Shown here piece by piece: positions 46,559-56,210 of a stretch of DNA of 64,000 bases (position 1 is its first letter; each line of letters opens with the position of its first letter). The notes below the pieces were generated by a model. The model was not told the origin of the DNA. It saw only the letters and a program-made list of their open reading frames with translations, and ran no database searches. Location: IMG/VR virus record IMGVR_UViG_3300049595_004693, positions 14,804 to 78,803 of that record. One strand, 5' to 3'. A program made the position numbers and the translations under genes. The stretch comes from a virus.

Positions 46559-47373
46559 TAATGTTGGTGGTAGGTGGGTGAAAATCCCAAAACCAACTGG
46601 TTTATAAATCTTCTCTAATTGACTTGAAACTCCTGAAAACAGGAAAACAAGGCGGAAGACGAAAGTCACCGTGAGAGACTAAACGAGAAGACGCCGAAAG
46701 GCGATGCGATAGTCCGAACTACTGAAATAAAATAGACGAATCCTCTAGAGGAATAAGTCGTGAAAAATTACAAAGTGTACCTAATACGGGAAAAAGAATC
46801 CTGCGATATTAAATACGTAGGCTTGACTAGCCAATCTTTATATAAAAGATTTAGTCAGCATAAGTTAAAACGTCGCATAACCGATCAAAAGTATCAAATA
46901 GAGTTGGTTGCTGAAGAGCTGTCATTAGAAGAGGCTGTTCAGCTAGAAAAGTTGTTGATAAAGCAATATGATCTTTTGATTAAAGGTTGGAACGTCTCTC
47001 CCGGATCAGTCAACGGATACTCTAATCTACACTCGGACCAACTTAAAGAAAAATGGTCTAGAGAAAGAAGAGGGGTTCCTGTGTCCGAGGAGCACGCCGA
47101 AAAAAATAGGCTCGCTCGATTAGGTAGAAAAAACTCGCCCGAGCATAATAAAGCTATTAGCGAAAAAACAGCTAAAGCGGTGATATGTTTGGAAACCGGA
47201 AAAGTATACCCATCAGCCAGAGCGGCTGCTAAAGAGTTGGGAGTATCTTATTGCAAGATAAGCTTGTGCTGCACCGGCAAAAGAAAAACTACGAGGGGAT
47301 TACACTTTAAATTTGTGGAAACAGTAGAGACTAGCAGAAATGACTAGTCCCATCTAACGATGAGTAACACATG
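46559..47373 (+). mobile_element. group I self-splicing intron (815 nt) carrying a homing endonuclease
   Basis: P1 CTACCAT/GTGGTAG with U-G at the splice site; P3 CTTCTC/GAGAAG; P7 GACTA/TAGTC; P8 CGCC-GAAA-GGCG; terminal G; exons join in frame. Confidence 0.9.
46760..47347 (+). CDS. intron-encoded GIY-YIG homing endonuclease
   Basis: KVYLI...KYVGLT...RFSQH...LEK; C-terminal VICLETGKVYPSARAAAKELG (NUMOD1-like). Confidence 0.88.
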   Translation: MKNYKVYLIREKESCDIKYVGLTSQSLYKRFSQHKLKRRITDQKYQIELVAEELSLEEAVQLEKLLIKQYDLLIKGWNVSPGSVNGYSNLHSDQLKEKWSRERRGVPVSEEHAEKNRLARLGRKNSPEHNKAISEKTAKAVICLETGKVYPSARAAAKELGVSYCKISLCCTGKRKTTRGLHFKFVETVETSRND

Positions 47374-48441
47374 CAACCAGTCGTGCTCGCAAGCGAACAC
47401 GGCTTCTCTCATGGCGGTCAAGACGACGGCGCGTTCACTCTGAACAACGCTGTTGCTGGTCAAGTCAAAGACGCAACGGTTAAGGGCTATCAAATCGTCC
47501 TCCGCACCGTTATGTCTTACTCTGTCCTCTCTCGCGCATCGTCTGCTGGCGCACGCGCTTTCGAAACTGCTACGAAGCATATTCTCGCGAATATGATTCG
47601 TTCGTTCGGACGCCGCGCTGAAATTCAGTGCATGTATGGACAAGTTGGTTTGGGCGTTATCGCGTCTACTTCGTCCCCTGCTATCGTTATCAGCACTGCT
47701 GAATGGGCTGCTGGTATCTGGTCGGGAATGAAGAATCTTCCAATCGAAATTCGTAGTTCTGCTGGCGTACTTCGCGGAACTGCTGTGGTTTCTTCGATTG
47801 ATCTCGATACTCGCACAATCACTCTTGATGCTCTTCCTGGCGGTACTGTTGCCACCGACGTTGTACATTACCTAGGTGCATACAACAACGAAATGGCCGG
47901 CCTCCACAAGATCATCTCAAACTCCGGATCGCTCTTCGGCATCGACGCAGCTCAGTACGAACTGTGGAAGGGTAACACCTATTCCGCAGGTTCGGCAGCT
48001 CTTTCGTTTGCTAAGATTCAATCGGCAGTCGCTAAGGCTGTTGAGAAGGGTCTTGATAGTGACGTTAAGGTACTCGTCAACGTGAAAACGTGGGCAAACC
48101 TCCTCAACGAACAAGCAGCTCTCCGCATGTACGATCAATCGTATAAGCTTGCTGAAGCTGAAAACGGAGCACAAAGCATCAAGTTCCACGGTCAAAATGG
48201 TATCGTGGAAATCGTTCCTTCGATTTACGTCAAGGAAGGGTATGCTTACCTTGCTCCGTTCGAAGATCTTCTCAAAGTCGGTTCGACGGACATGACCTTC
48301 AAGCTCCCTGGCTCTGAAGATCAGTTCTTCCGCCAACTCGAAAACAGCGCTGGCGTAGAACTTAGATGTTATTCCGATATGAGTTTGTTCTCTTGCGCCC
48401 CCGGCAAGATGACGCTCATTAGTAATATAGTAAATAGCTAG
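47374..48441 (+). CDS. major capsid protein, exon 2 (355 aa; spliced product 405 aa)
   Basis: QPVVLASEHGF...; biased codon usage; follows the scaffold and precedes a strong terminator. Confidence 0.88.
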   Translation, partial: QPVVLASEHGFSHGGQDDGAFTLNNAVAGQVKDATVKGYQIVLRTVMSYSVLSRASSAGARAFETATKHILANMIRSFGRRAEIQCMYGQVGLGVIASTSSPAIVISTAEWAAGIWSGMKNLPIEIRSSAGVLRGTAVVSSIDLDTRTITLDALPGGTVATDVVHYLGAYNNEMAGLHKIISNSGSLFGIDAAQYELWKGNTYSAGSAALSFAKIQSAVAKAVEKGLDSDVKVLVNVKTWANLLNEQAALRMYDQSYKLAEAENGAQSIKFHGQNGIVEIVPSIYVKEGYAYLAPFEDLLKVGSTDMTFKLPGSEDQFFRQLENSAGVELRCYSDMSLFSCAPGKMTLISNIVNS

Positions 48442-48474
48442 TTATTTCAATAACTTAGCTTATTTATCCCCCCT

Positions 48475-48508
48475 GAGCCCCCGGATTTAATTATTTGGGG
48501 GCTCTTTT
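48475..48508 (+). terminator. intrinsic terminator after the capsid gene
   Basis: GAGCCCCC/GGGGGCTC stem followed by TTTT. Confidence 0.8.
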
Positions 48509-48541
48509 GTATCATCTTAACCCTGATTTGCGGTATTGTTC

Positions 48542-48551
48542 TAACAAGTTA
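48542..48551 (+). promoter_or_regulatory. late-promoter motif TAACAAGTTA (leaderless)
   Basis: Exact 10-mer with ATG 5 nt downstream. Confidence 0.75.
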
Positions 48552-48555
48552 ATAT

Positions 48556-49329
48556 ATGAACATAATCTACAAAATCACTAATAAAATAAACGGCAAGTTA
48601 TATATCGGATCTACCACAATGTCATTAGAACGTAGGTGGATGATGCATATTAAGTATGGTAAAAACATCCTAAGCAGAGCTATTAAAAAATATGGTGAGC
48701 ATAACTTTCTAGTAGAAGAATTATGCTGTGTTTTAGATATTAATGAACTTTATGTTGTTGAGGGTTATTTTATTAATTTGCATAATGCTTTAGTCCCCTC
48801 TGGATATAATATATTAAGCCCCTCAAAAAATGAGGTCCCCTCGTCTCCCAGTTACAGAAAAGAGTGTGCTGCCCGAACAAAAAACAGGCACGCGAATTCA
48901 GAGCAGCATAAAAAAATGATGAGCGGAATTAGTATTTACGTAGAGAATAAAAAACGAAAGGTTCTGGCTGTAGACATTAGAGATGGTAAAACAATTACTA
49001 AATTTGACACTGTCCACGCGGCGGAACAAGTGGATCCTTCTCTGCATCCCTGTCTTAAAGGTGATACCACCTATTCTCTTAACTACTGCTGGTTCTACGA
49101 CACCGGCGAATCAGACGAGCACTATATCCAAAAAGCTTTAGAAAGAGTTCGCTTTTGGAGAAAGTACGAAGTGTCTCCGTTCTACGGTATTCATAAAGAA
49201 ACAGGAGAAGTAGTAGAGTTTGCTAACATCAAGTCTATCGACTCTAGGTTTGACGAAATACAAGTTAAAGCCGCTCTGCGTAAAAAAATCAAATCAACTC
49301 AAGGGTTTGTGTTCCATTACCGCGAGTAA
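48556..49329 (+). CDS. free-standing GIY-YIG homing endonuclease
   Basis: IIYKITNKINGKLYIGST...RW..H...AIKKYG...GYN. Confidence 0.9.
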   Translation: MNIIYKITNKINGKLYIGSTTMSLERRWMMHIKYGKNILSRAIKKYGEHNFLVEELCCVLDINELYVVEGYFINLHNALVPSGYNILSPSKNEVPSSPSYRKECAARTKNRHANSEQHKKMMSGISIYVENKKRKVLAVDIRDGKTITKFDTVHAAEQVDPSLHPCLKGDTTYSLNYCWFYDTGESDEHYIQKALERVRFWRKYEVSPFYGIHKETGEVVEFANIKSIDSRFDEIQVKAALRKKIKSTQGFVFHYRE

Positions 49330-49336
49330 CAAGTTA
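49327..49336 (+). promoter_or_regulatory. late-promoter motif TAACAAGTTA (leaderless, lysis genes)
   Basis: Exact 10-mer with ATG 5 nt downstream. Confidence 0.75.
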
Positions 49337-49340
49337 CAAT

Positions 49341-49679
49341 ATGAGCGCCTCATTCAAGGATGATGTTATATTCTTTATAGATCCCGGCACAGATAAGGCT
49401 TACTACACCGCACTAGCCACTCAGGTATTCGACATTGATGTAAATCTACAGAGCGCTAAAATAGAGCGTGATATGGCTCACTTAAGACGCCTTAAGCGCT
49501 ACTTCTGGGCCGAAACTATCGTTTTTCCTTTGAAGGCGCTACTCCTCCTAGCCCTTATGGGGCCTAGAAATGCTTGGGATTATTGCGTACTTCAGAAGAA
49601 CATCGCTAAAGCTCTCCTACAAAAAAATATTACAATTTACGAATTTGAAACACTTCTATTAGAAGGAATGCCTAAATGA
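49341..49679 (+). CDS. hypothetical protein upstream of the endolysin
   Basis: One hydrophobic segment; ATGA-coupled to the M15 peptidase. Confidence 0.65.
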   Translation: MSASFKDDVIFFIDPGTDKAYYTALATQVFDIDVNLQSAKIERDMAHLRRLKRYFWAETIVFPLKALLLLALMGPRNAWDYCVLQKNIAKALLQKNITIYEFETLLLEGMPK

Positions 49680-50086
49680 TTACTTTTGAAGCTTTCTGGA
49701 TGGGTAGGGATAAAACTCACTCAGCCGATCTCACAGAGGAAGTAAAGAAAAATGCTAAGGATTTCGTACCCAAAGTAAATGCTTTTTTGGCCGAGATCGG
49801 ATGGGCTCAGGAATGCAAGGTGTCCTCTGGCTGGCGTCCAGCTAGCATCAACGGAGCTGTTGGTGGCGCTAAGAAGTCTCTTCATATGTTAGGACTAGCT
49901 GTGGATATCAGGGACGACAAAGACCAAACTTTAGGTAAACTTGTAGCTTCTAAGCCGGAATTAATGCGTAAGTATGGATTGTTTTTAGAAGATCTTAGTG
50001 CCACTAAGGGAAAGCATTCGAATTGGGTTCACTTAGACGCCTCGCCCACCCGCTCTGACCGTCCCAGTAGAGTATTCAAGCCTTAG
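49676..50086 (+). CDS. peptidase M15A-family endolysin
   Basis: SSGWRP..N.AVGGAKKSLHMLGLAVDI...WVHLD. Confidence 0.9.
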   Translation: MITFEAFWMGRDKTHSADLTEEVKKNAKDFVPKVNAFLAEIGWAQECKVSSGWRPASINGAVGGAKKSLHMLGLAVDIRDDKDQTLGKLVASKPELMRKYGLFLEDLSATKGKHSNWVHLDASPTRSDRPSRVFKP

Positions 50087-50301
50087 CCGGGCCTGTGCCC
50101 GCAAATAGCGCAAGTCATTACAACATCTTCTGGGTTATTAGCCTTAGGCGTCTCGACCCATTTATGGAATGTGCAAGGAGCGGCTCGCTTCTGCTTAGGT
50201 AGTAGAAACAGCGCCACGAATAGAATGCCTAACAAAATCAATAAAAAATCCAAAGATTCTTCCATTATCTCGATTATATCATTTGAGTGTACTTTTAACA
50301 A
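50083..50301 (-). CDS. small membrane protein with Cys/His motif, antisense to the late genes
   Basis: TM helix then C.FHKW...CAICG; fills the gap; true start probably a later Met. Confidence 0.55.
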   Translation of the reverse strand: MLKVHSNDIIEIMEESLDFLLILLGILFVALFLLPKQKRAAPCTFHKWVETPKANNPEDVVMTCAICGHRPG

Positions 50302-50305
50302 GTTA
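50296..50305 (+). promoter_or_regulatory. late-promoter motif TAACAAGTTA
   Basis: Exact 10-mer followed by AGGAG. Confidence 0.75.
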
Positions 50306-50325
50306 CAATAGGAGCCGCTGTCATA

Positions 50326-50805
50326 ATGAAAACCCTTATAGTCAATGGAGTTCCTTATAGTTTCCCCGAACAGGGCGAAACACCTACGTGGGGCAAGGAA
50401 GTCACTGACTGGGCCACAGCGATTACGGACACTATTTCCGGATTAGCTTCCAGCTACGACCTACTTAATCAAGTGTTTTTATTACAAAACACGTCTACTT
50501 CATTGATCGACATTACGAATTTTGCGCTTGATTCGGCGTTGGTTCAGGGAGCCATTATAGACTACTCTATCCGTAGAACCACAGATAGCCAGGGGGCCTT
50601 TGAAGCAGGCACTATGTATCTATCTTATAATTCATTTGATCCCATAAATCAAAAGTGGACTATTTCTAGAACTTATGGCGGGGACTCCCGCTGCACTTTT
50701 TATATGACAGATGCGGGCCAAATGCAGATTGCCATAAACGATATTCTAGCTGGTTCTAATTTTAGCGGTAGATTGCGTTATACAGTAAGAGCTTTGGAAG
50801 TTTAA
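50326..50805 (+). CDS. virion structural protein
   Basis: Beta-rich; C-terminal domain resembles that of the ORF at 58158. Confidence 0.7.
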   Translation: MKTLIVNGVPYSFPEQGETPTWGKEVTDWATAITDTISGLASSYDLLNQVFLLQNTSTSLIDITNFALDSALVQGAIIDYSIRRTTDSQGAFEAGTMYLSYNSFDPINQKWTISRTYGGDSRCTFYMTDAGQMQIAINDILAGSNFSGRLRYTVRALEV

Positions 50806-51446
50806 TGGGCACTATTTATTTGATTGTGAATAAAATCAATCAAAAAAAATATATAGGTAAAACTAATTTTTCGTTGTCTAGGCGATGGTCAGAACATTGT
50901 TCTCAAGCTAAGCACAGCCCTAAAACTTATTTGCATAAAGCCATTAAAAAATACGGCAAAGAAAATTTTGAAATCAAGAGTATTTTTAGCACAGACTCTA
51001 AGACTGGATTAGCTAAACATGAAATTCAATTCATAAAAATGTACAAAACTAAAGCTCCATTTGGATACAATCTGACCGATGGTGGTGAGGGAGTATCTGG
51101 CCTTTCCGTAGAAACAAAAGAAAAAATAAGACTTAAAAAGTTAGGGCAAAGGGCTTCAGCAGAAACACGACAAAGACTATCTGAGTCGCACAGGGGGGTA
51201 GTTAATTTTGCGCTGATTAAATACGCAAAAGCTGTTAGCGTAAAAACCCAAGAGGTTATCTACTTCTTCTCTCTAAAAAACGCAGCTGTATTTTGTGGGT
51301 CGCGCACACAGCTAAAACGAGTTTTGGATTCTAATAAAGTATATAAAGATTTTCTATGGACTCGTTGTTCAGCGGAAGAATTTTATAGTAACAAACATTT
51401 GGCCTGGAAAGGCATAATTTCTCTGGAAAATGAAAGGGATATCTAG
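50805..51446 (+). CDS. free-standing GIY-YIG homing endonuclease with NUMOD3 repeats
   Basis: GTIYLIVNKINQKKYIGKT, GYNLTDGGEG, ETKEKIR/ETRQRLSESH. Confidence 0.9.
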   Translation: MGTIYLIVNKINQKKYIGKTNFSLSRRWSEHCSQAKHSPKTYLHKAIKKYGKENFEIKSIFSTDSKTGLAKHEIQFIKMYKTKAPFGYNLTDGGEGVSGLSVETKEKIRLKKLGQRASAETRQRLSESHRGVVNFALIKYAKAVSVKTQEVIYFFSLKNAAVFCGSRTQLKRVLDSNKVYKDFLWTRCSAEEFYSNKHLAWKGIISLENERDI

Positions 51447-52627
51447 TGGGGCAGAATTATTTTAAAATCAAGCGCGGAACAAACCTAGAACCTACCGCTG
51501 TAGCCGCGAACTCCGCAGGCGATTTGCAAGCTGCCTCTTCTCTAGATAATCAGTTAGTTTATCACGATGGCTCAGCAACCGCAATAGTAGCTACCGAAAC
51601 TAATGAAATCACACTAACTAATAAGACCATTGTTGACGCCTACTCCCTTTCGGTAACTGGAGATACCGTTCTCCAAGCGGTCACGGCAAACGGCAACGTA
51701 TTGATTAATGGATCTGTAACTTCTGGAAACTTTGCCTCCACTGGTACTGTTATTTCTCAAAGTGGTTTGTCTGAGTTTGCTAGCGCTAGAGTTAATGGAG
51801 CAGCAACAGTAACTGGCAATCTTTCCGTTGGTGGTAATGCTTCGATTACCGGTACGCTGAGCGCTACTGGAGCAGCCTCACTACAAAGTACTCTTTCTGT
51901 TGGAAGCGACGCCTCTATCACTGGCACGTTAAGTGTCACAGGTAACAGCACTTTTCAAAACGCTATGAATATTGGAGGCAATGCCTCCGTAACAGGCACT
52001 CTCAGCGTTACTGGCAATTCTACTTTGCAAGGCGCACTTACCGTAAATAACGACGCATCAGTAACTGGAAATATTTCTGTTGGAGGTAACGCGTCCGTCA
52101 CTGGCGCCCTTAGCGCCACAGGAAATGCGTCGCTACAAGGTACGCTTAGTGTCACTGGAGTTGCTTCTTTTGACAGCGAGTTTAACCTTAAGCATCTTTC
52201 AGCAACTCCTTCTAACCCTGCAGCAGGCCGCAATAAAGTTTATTATAAAAACGATGGTAAACTTTATCAGCTCACTTCTGCAGGCTCTGAGTCTCTTCTT
52301 GGGGCCGGCGCTTACGTTCCTTCTGGAACTAGAGCTTCGCCCGCAAACATTACAGCAGTCGGTGGGATCACCTTTGGTGGACAGCAACGAGAGCTGGCCT
52401 TTATTCAAGGCTCAGGCGGACACATCAACGTCACAGCCAACCCGCAAATTAGCGCGGGAACTTCTGTTGGTCAAGAGCTTACATTGATTGGTCGTAATGA
52501 TTCTCAAACAGTGACTCTCGAAAACGGAGACGGGCTTGAGCTTAATGGTGAAGCTGTTCTCGGAGCTTCTGATAGTTTATCTTTGGTATGGGATGGCACC
52601 TCCTGGGTGGAGATTTCTAGAAACTAA
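51446..52627 (+). CDS. fibre protein with beta-helix repeats
   Basis: Tandem G(N/D)AS(I/V)TG(T/N)LS(V/A) repeats. Confidence 0.8.
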   Translation: MGQNYFKIKRGTNLEPTAVAANSAGDLQAASSLDNQLVYHDGSATAIVATETNEITLTNKTIVDAYSLSVTGDTVLQAVTANGNVLINGSVTSGNFASTGTVISQSGLSEFASARVNGAATVTGNLSVGGNASITGTLSATGAASLQSTLSVGSDASITGTLSVTGNSTFQNAMNIGGNASVTGTLSVTGNSTLQGALTVNNDASVTGNISVGGNASVTGALSATGNASLQGTLSVTGVASFDSEFNLKHLSATPSNPAAGRNKVYYKNDGKLYQLTSAGSESLLGAGAYVPSGTRASPANITAVGGITFGGQQRELAFIQGSGGHINVTANPQISAGTSVGQELTLIGRNDSQTVTLENGDGLELNGEAVLGASDSLSLVWDGTSWVEISRN

Positions 52628-52675
52628 CCTGCTATATGGATATGCAGTAATATAGGAACACGACGTAAATAATAT

Positions 52676-54541
52676 ATGGGTAATATAGCAAACAGAGTTC
52701 TTTTAGCGGATTATTTGGGCGGCCAGGCTTCTGGAGCCGTTATGGGCCGCAACTACATTAAAAACCCTTCAGGGCTTTTTAATACAAATAATATTTCGGT
52801 GGCAAACAGTGCTACCGTTGCGCGCAATACCGGCACACCCCTTACTCGCATCGCGGATATTGAAGTGGTGCTGCCCAACAACACCAACGGTTACGCCGAA
52901 TGGGCCGCTAATACGATGGATCTTTCTCTCGGCGGGCAAAATTGTGAGCTTCGATTTGACTATATTGCATCAAGCATCGGTTCCGCTGTTTACGCTCAAG
53001 TGCTCGACACCGGCACCGTCGTAGCTCAGCAGCAACTTGCGTTGTCTTCATCACCACGTCAATTTAGTTTGAATGTGCCATGTAATAGTACTGGCGCTAC
53101 CACCACGGTTCGTATTACGAATGCTACAGGTAACTCGGGTACTTCGAATATTAAAGTGGCGAACGTTAGCTATAGTAAAGCTTCTAACGTAGGAACGACG
53201 GCTCAGGCGAGCTTTTACGGTTCAGCCACTACCGCAGGTACCGCGAACTGTAATTGGAGCCGTACGTCTAACCAAAGCTTTGGGTCATTTTCTGCAGACT
53301 CTGACTGCCCTACACCGTCTGTGGAAGGAAACGCAGCCGCTCCCGCCACCAAGATTCCAGCTATTCGCTTCCCTAACATGGCCCCTGGCGACTACCAATT
53401 TACCGCGACTGGTATGTTCTTTGCGTCTGGCACCAACCAACCATGCTCGTTTAGGTTCAGCGACGGCACAAACTCAACTAGCGCCCAGGTAGTTTTTGCT
53501 ACAGGTTCGCCCGGCATGCCCGTGATTAGCGGTAAGATAAGCTACGCAACGGCTGGCGACCGCACTATAGAAGTTCAGGCTACAGGCCGAGACGGCAACT
53601 ACCCTTGCGACATTCTTGCTAACACGGCGACAACCACCCCTTTCCGCATCGATGTTGTGCGCTTCCCCTCTTCCTCTGAGATCGCGGTACGGCCCGAACA
53701 ACTTCCCGGTTTTTGGAACGGTTATCATGGTAGCAACTGCACCTATTCTCGCTCCGGAACTTCTCTTGGCGATTTCCCCGCCGACTCTGTTTGCGATTTT
53801 GTCGAAATGCAAAATGTCAACTTTGGTACTGTCACTTCTCAATTGAGTGGTTCAGATAAACTTCCAGGAATTGTGTTTACTCCTCGCAGAGCAGGTCGAT
53901 ACTTGATTATTGCCAACTTTTCTGGTCTTCTTACTGCAGGAGGTACTAGCTCTGTTTACGAGCTTTATGATGGTACTAACAGCTTAGGAAATTCTACGTT
54001 TTCAAGCCCCGCAAACGAATATATTCCACACACACTTCAAGGGATTGTGAACGCTACATCCACTAGTCCCGTCACTGTTAGAATTAGGGGTGCTGCCGCG
54101 TCAGGCGACATCAGGATCACCGGACCGGGGTCGCCCTCAACAAGTCACATTCGTTGGACGATTATTGCCCTCGACCAAGCCCTCCCGGCCCCTCTTCTCG
54201 TAGGCTCGGTGACTTCAAACTCTTCTGGTTTGGAGCGTGTAGAAAGGGCAACAGTAAACGAATTTACTACCTGCACTTCTAGCCCTTGCACTATCACCCG
54301 ACAAAGCGGCTCTTGGCTAACGTCGGTAACTCGTTCATCGACAGGTAATTTTACATTAGACATCGCCGCTGGCGTTTTTTCTGCAACACCTTCGTGTTCA
54401 TGGAGCGTTACTAATGCGTTTATTTGTCGTTCCGTGTCTTCTGGAAACACTCCAACTTCCATTGGATTGGATTGTAGAAACCAAGCTGGCGGCGCCGACG
54501 ATTTAAATACACTTTACGTTACTTGTATGGGTCCTCGATAA
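52676..54541 (+). CDS. Cys-rich fibre or receptor-binding protein
   Basis: 621 aa, S/T/G-rich, duplicated domain, many Cys, ends TCMGPR. Confidence 0.75.
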   Translation: MGNIANRVLLADYLGGQASGAVMGRNYIKNPSGLFNTNNISVANSATVARNTGTPLTRIADIEVVLPNNTNGYAEWAANTMDLSLGGQNCELRFDYIASSIGSAVYAQVLDTGTVVAQQQLALSSSPRQFSLNVPCNSTGATTTVRITNATGNSGTSNIKVANVSYSKASNVGTTAQASFYGSATTAGTANCNWSRTSNQSFGSFSADSDCPTPSVEGNAAAPATKIPAIRFPNMAPGDYQFTATGMFFASGTNQPCSFRFSDGTNSTSAQVVFATGSPGMPVISGKISYATAGDRTIEVQATGRDGNYPCDILANTATTTPFRIDVVRFPSSSEIAVRPEQLPGFWNGYHGSNCTYSRSGTSLGDFPADSVCDFVEMQNVNFGTVTSQLSGSDKLPGIVFTPRRAGRYLIIANFSGLLTAGGTSSVYELYDGTNSLGNSTFSSPANEYIPHTLQGIVNATSTSPVTVRIRGAAASGDIRITGPGSPSTSHIRWTIIALDQALPAPLLVGSVTSNSSGLERVERATVNEFTTCTSSPCTITRQSGSWLTSVTRSSTGNFTLDIAAGVFSATPSCSWSVTNAFICRSVSSGNTPTSIGLDCRNQAGGADDLNTLYVTCMGPR

Positions 54542-54555
54542 CATAAGGAGATGTT

Positions 54556-54909
54556 ATGGAATTAATTAATTCATTGAAGAATTCAGAATGGGTAATCGGA
54601 TATATTCATGCACCTTGGTGTAAGGTGTGTGAGGGTAACGCGGAAGTAGTGGAACAAGTTATTAAAGAAACTCCAGATATTACAATTGTAAAGATGGACG
54701 CTACTGATGGAAACAATGCCGCTATCTTGCAGGCTTTAGATTTTGAGTCACTGCCATATTATGCGGTGTTTCATACGGCAAAAGAAGGAGCTGACCCAGA
54801 AGATCCGACTACGTGCTTTGTAGGAGGAGAAACCGGCGGCGGAAAAGATATTCCCGATCAGATCGTCACCATGATTCGCCAATTTAGAGCACAACAGGTG
54901 GTTGCTTGA
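54556..54909 (+). CDS. thioredoxin-fold protein
   Basis: HAPWCKVC active site and a cis-Pro motif ESLP. Confidence 0.8.
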   Translation: MELINSLKNSEWVIGYIHAPWCKVCEGNAEVVEQVIKETPDITIVKMDATDGNNAAILQALDFESLPYYAVFHTAKEGADPEDPTTCFVGGETGGGKDIPDQIVTMIRQFRAQQVVA

Positions 54910-55151
54910 GCTTTCTGAAAAAAGCCAAACTAGCTATGGAAAGCGGCAGCAAGGTGCTTACTAACCTCGCTGCTGGCGAGGAATTGTTAGTGTCTGATGA
55001 AGTGGCTCAAAAGCGTATGGAAGTTTGTAAGGGATGCCCGCACTTCGTAATTACGTTAGGGCAGCCAAGATGTAATGAGTGTAGCTGCCTAATGGCGCTA
55101 AAAACTAAATTGGCGGGCATGAAGTGTCCGCTGCATAAGTGGGAAGAATAA
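54906..55151 (+). CDS. small Cys-rich protein
   Basis: RMEVCKGCP...CNECSC...KT......CPLHKW. Confidence 0.75.
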   Translation: MSFLKKAKLAMESGSKVLTNLAAGEELLVSDEVAQKRMEVCKGCPHFVITLGQPRCNECSCLMALKTKLAGMKCPLHKWEE

Positions 55152-55330
55152 TGCCTCTCAAGTCTAAGGCTCAGCAAAAACTAATGTTCGCAACTTTGGC
55201 CGGAGCCGACACTGGCGTGCCCAAGGACGTAGCGCAGGACTTTATTAAAAACACTTCTAAAAAGCAGTTTCAAAAGCTTAGGGATAGGCTTCGACCTCTA
55301 AAGAAAGGTACTAAGTATGAGCCTAAGTAA
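55151..55330 (+). CDS. small basic phage protein
   Basis: MPLKSKAQQKLMFA...GVPKDVAQDF pattern; ATG 55151. Confidence 0.7.
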   Translation: MPLKSKAQQKLMFATLAGADTGVPKDVAQDFIKNTSKKQFQKLRDRLRPLKKGTKYEPK

Positions 55331-55754
55331 ATTAGACGCTCCACAGGTCCTACAAAGCGTATATGACGACGATGGTGCGCTAAGAGTCACAAATAAAGAT
55401 GGTGAGCCTATTGCTGTATCTGGCAGCTTGTCCATTGGCGCAGAATCTCTTAGAGTCGTAGATTATTCTGACGTAAATCCACTCCCCGCTTCAGCTCTGA
55501 ATCCTGCTTCTGGAGCGCTTGTTCAAATTATAGCTACGGCTGCAGCATCAGCTAAGTTTGCTCGTATTAGCGACACTACAGGGTATCCAGTGGCATTTCA
55601 CGTAAATGGTGCTGTAACGGCCTCCTTTATTTCCTCAGCAGGCATGGACGACCAAATTCAAGTAAAAGTGGACGCTGGGAATTCTGTCAGCGCAAGATAT
55701 TTAGAAAACGTGTCGCCGACTGCTGGTACTTTGATTATTCAACTGATCGGATAA
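55317..55754 (+). CDS. virion decoration-type protein
   Basis: N-terminal LD..QVL..VYD motif shared with 39878 and 58746. Confidence 0.7.
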   Translation: MSLSKLDAPQVLQSVYDDDGALRVTNKDGEPIAVSGSLSIGAESLRVVDYSDVNPLPASALNPASGALVQIIATAAASAKFARISDTTGYPVAFHVNGAVTASFISSAGMDDQIQVKVDAGNSVSARYLENVSPTAGTLIIQLIG

Positions 55755-55757
55755 CCT

Positions 55758-56207
55758 ATGGGTTTTGGATTTTTCTTTGGAGATAGAATCAAGATCCTTC
55801 GCGAGAAGCTTAAGCTCGGCGAAGGCGTCACTATTCATTCTATCAACATTGACCCAACCGTATCAGGTCTAGATGTTCCAGATGGCGATGTAGCCATCTC
55901 AACGCTGACTAAAAAGATCTATGTAAAGACTACAGGCGCCCCAACCGTATGGGACGAGCTTCAAAGCTCAGCAGACCTGTTTATTATAGAAAAATTTACG
56001 CTAAATTCAACGGACATTAGCAACAAGTACGTCACCTTATCTTCGGCTCCTTTAGATCCCTCTCTCACTATTATGGGCGTACTGGGTGGCGTAGAGCAAG
56101 AGTACGGTGTGGATTTTACTGTAACAGGATCACAATTAAGTTGGAACGGCACGTTTTTGGACGGCGTGCTTGTCTCCGGAGATAAGCTAACCGTCCAACA
56201 TAACTAG
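55758..56207 (+). CDS. virion structural protein
   Basis: C-terminal GG.EQ..G.DFT...GDKL domain shared with 56829. Confidence 0.7.
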   Translation: MGFGFFFGDRIKILREKLKLGEGVTIHSINIDPTVSGLDVPDGDVAISTLTKKIYVKTTGAPTVWDELQSSADLFIIEKFTLNSTDISNKYVTLSSAPLDPSLTIMGVLGGVEQEYGVDFTVTGSQLSWNGTFLDGVLVSGDKLTVQHN

Positions 56208-56210
56208 TAT

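Noticed and set aside
47371-47373. ATG 47371 as the capsid start
   Set aside because: It has no SD and forms the last three bases of the intron; the real start is 46409.
51700-52170. DNA repeats in the fibre gene as a diversity-generating retroelement
   Set aside because: The repeats are in-frame beta-helix units; no reverse transcriptase or adenine-specific TR/VR pair was seen.
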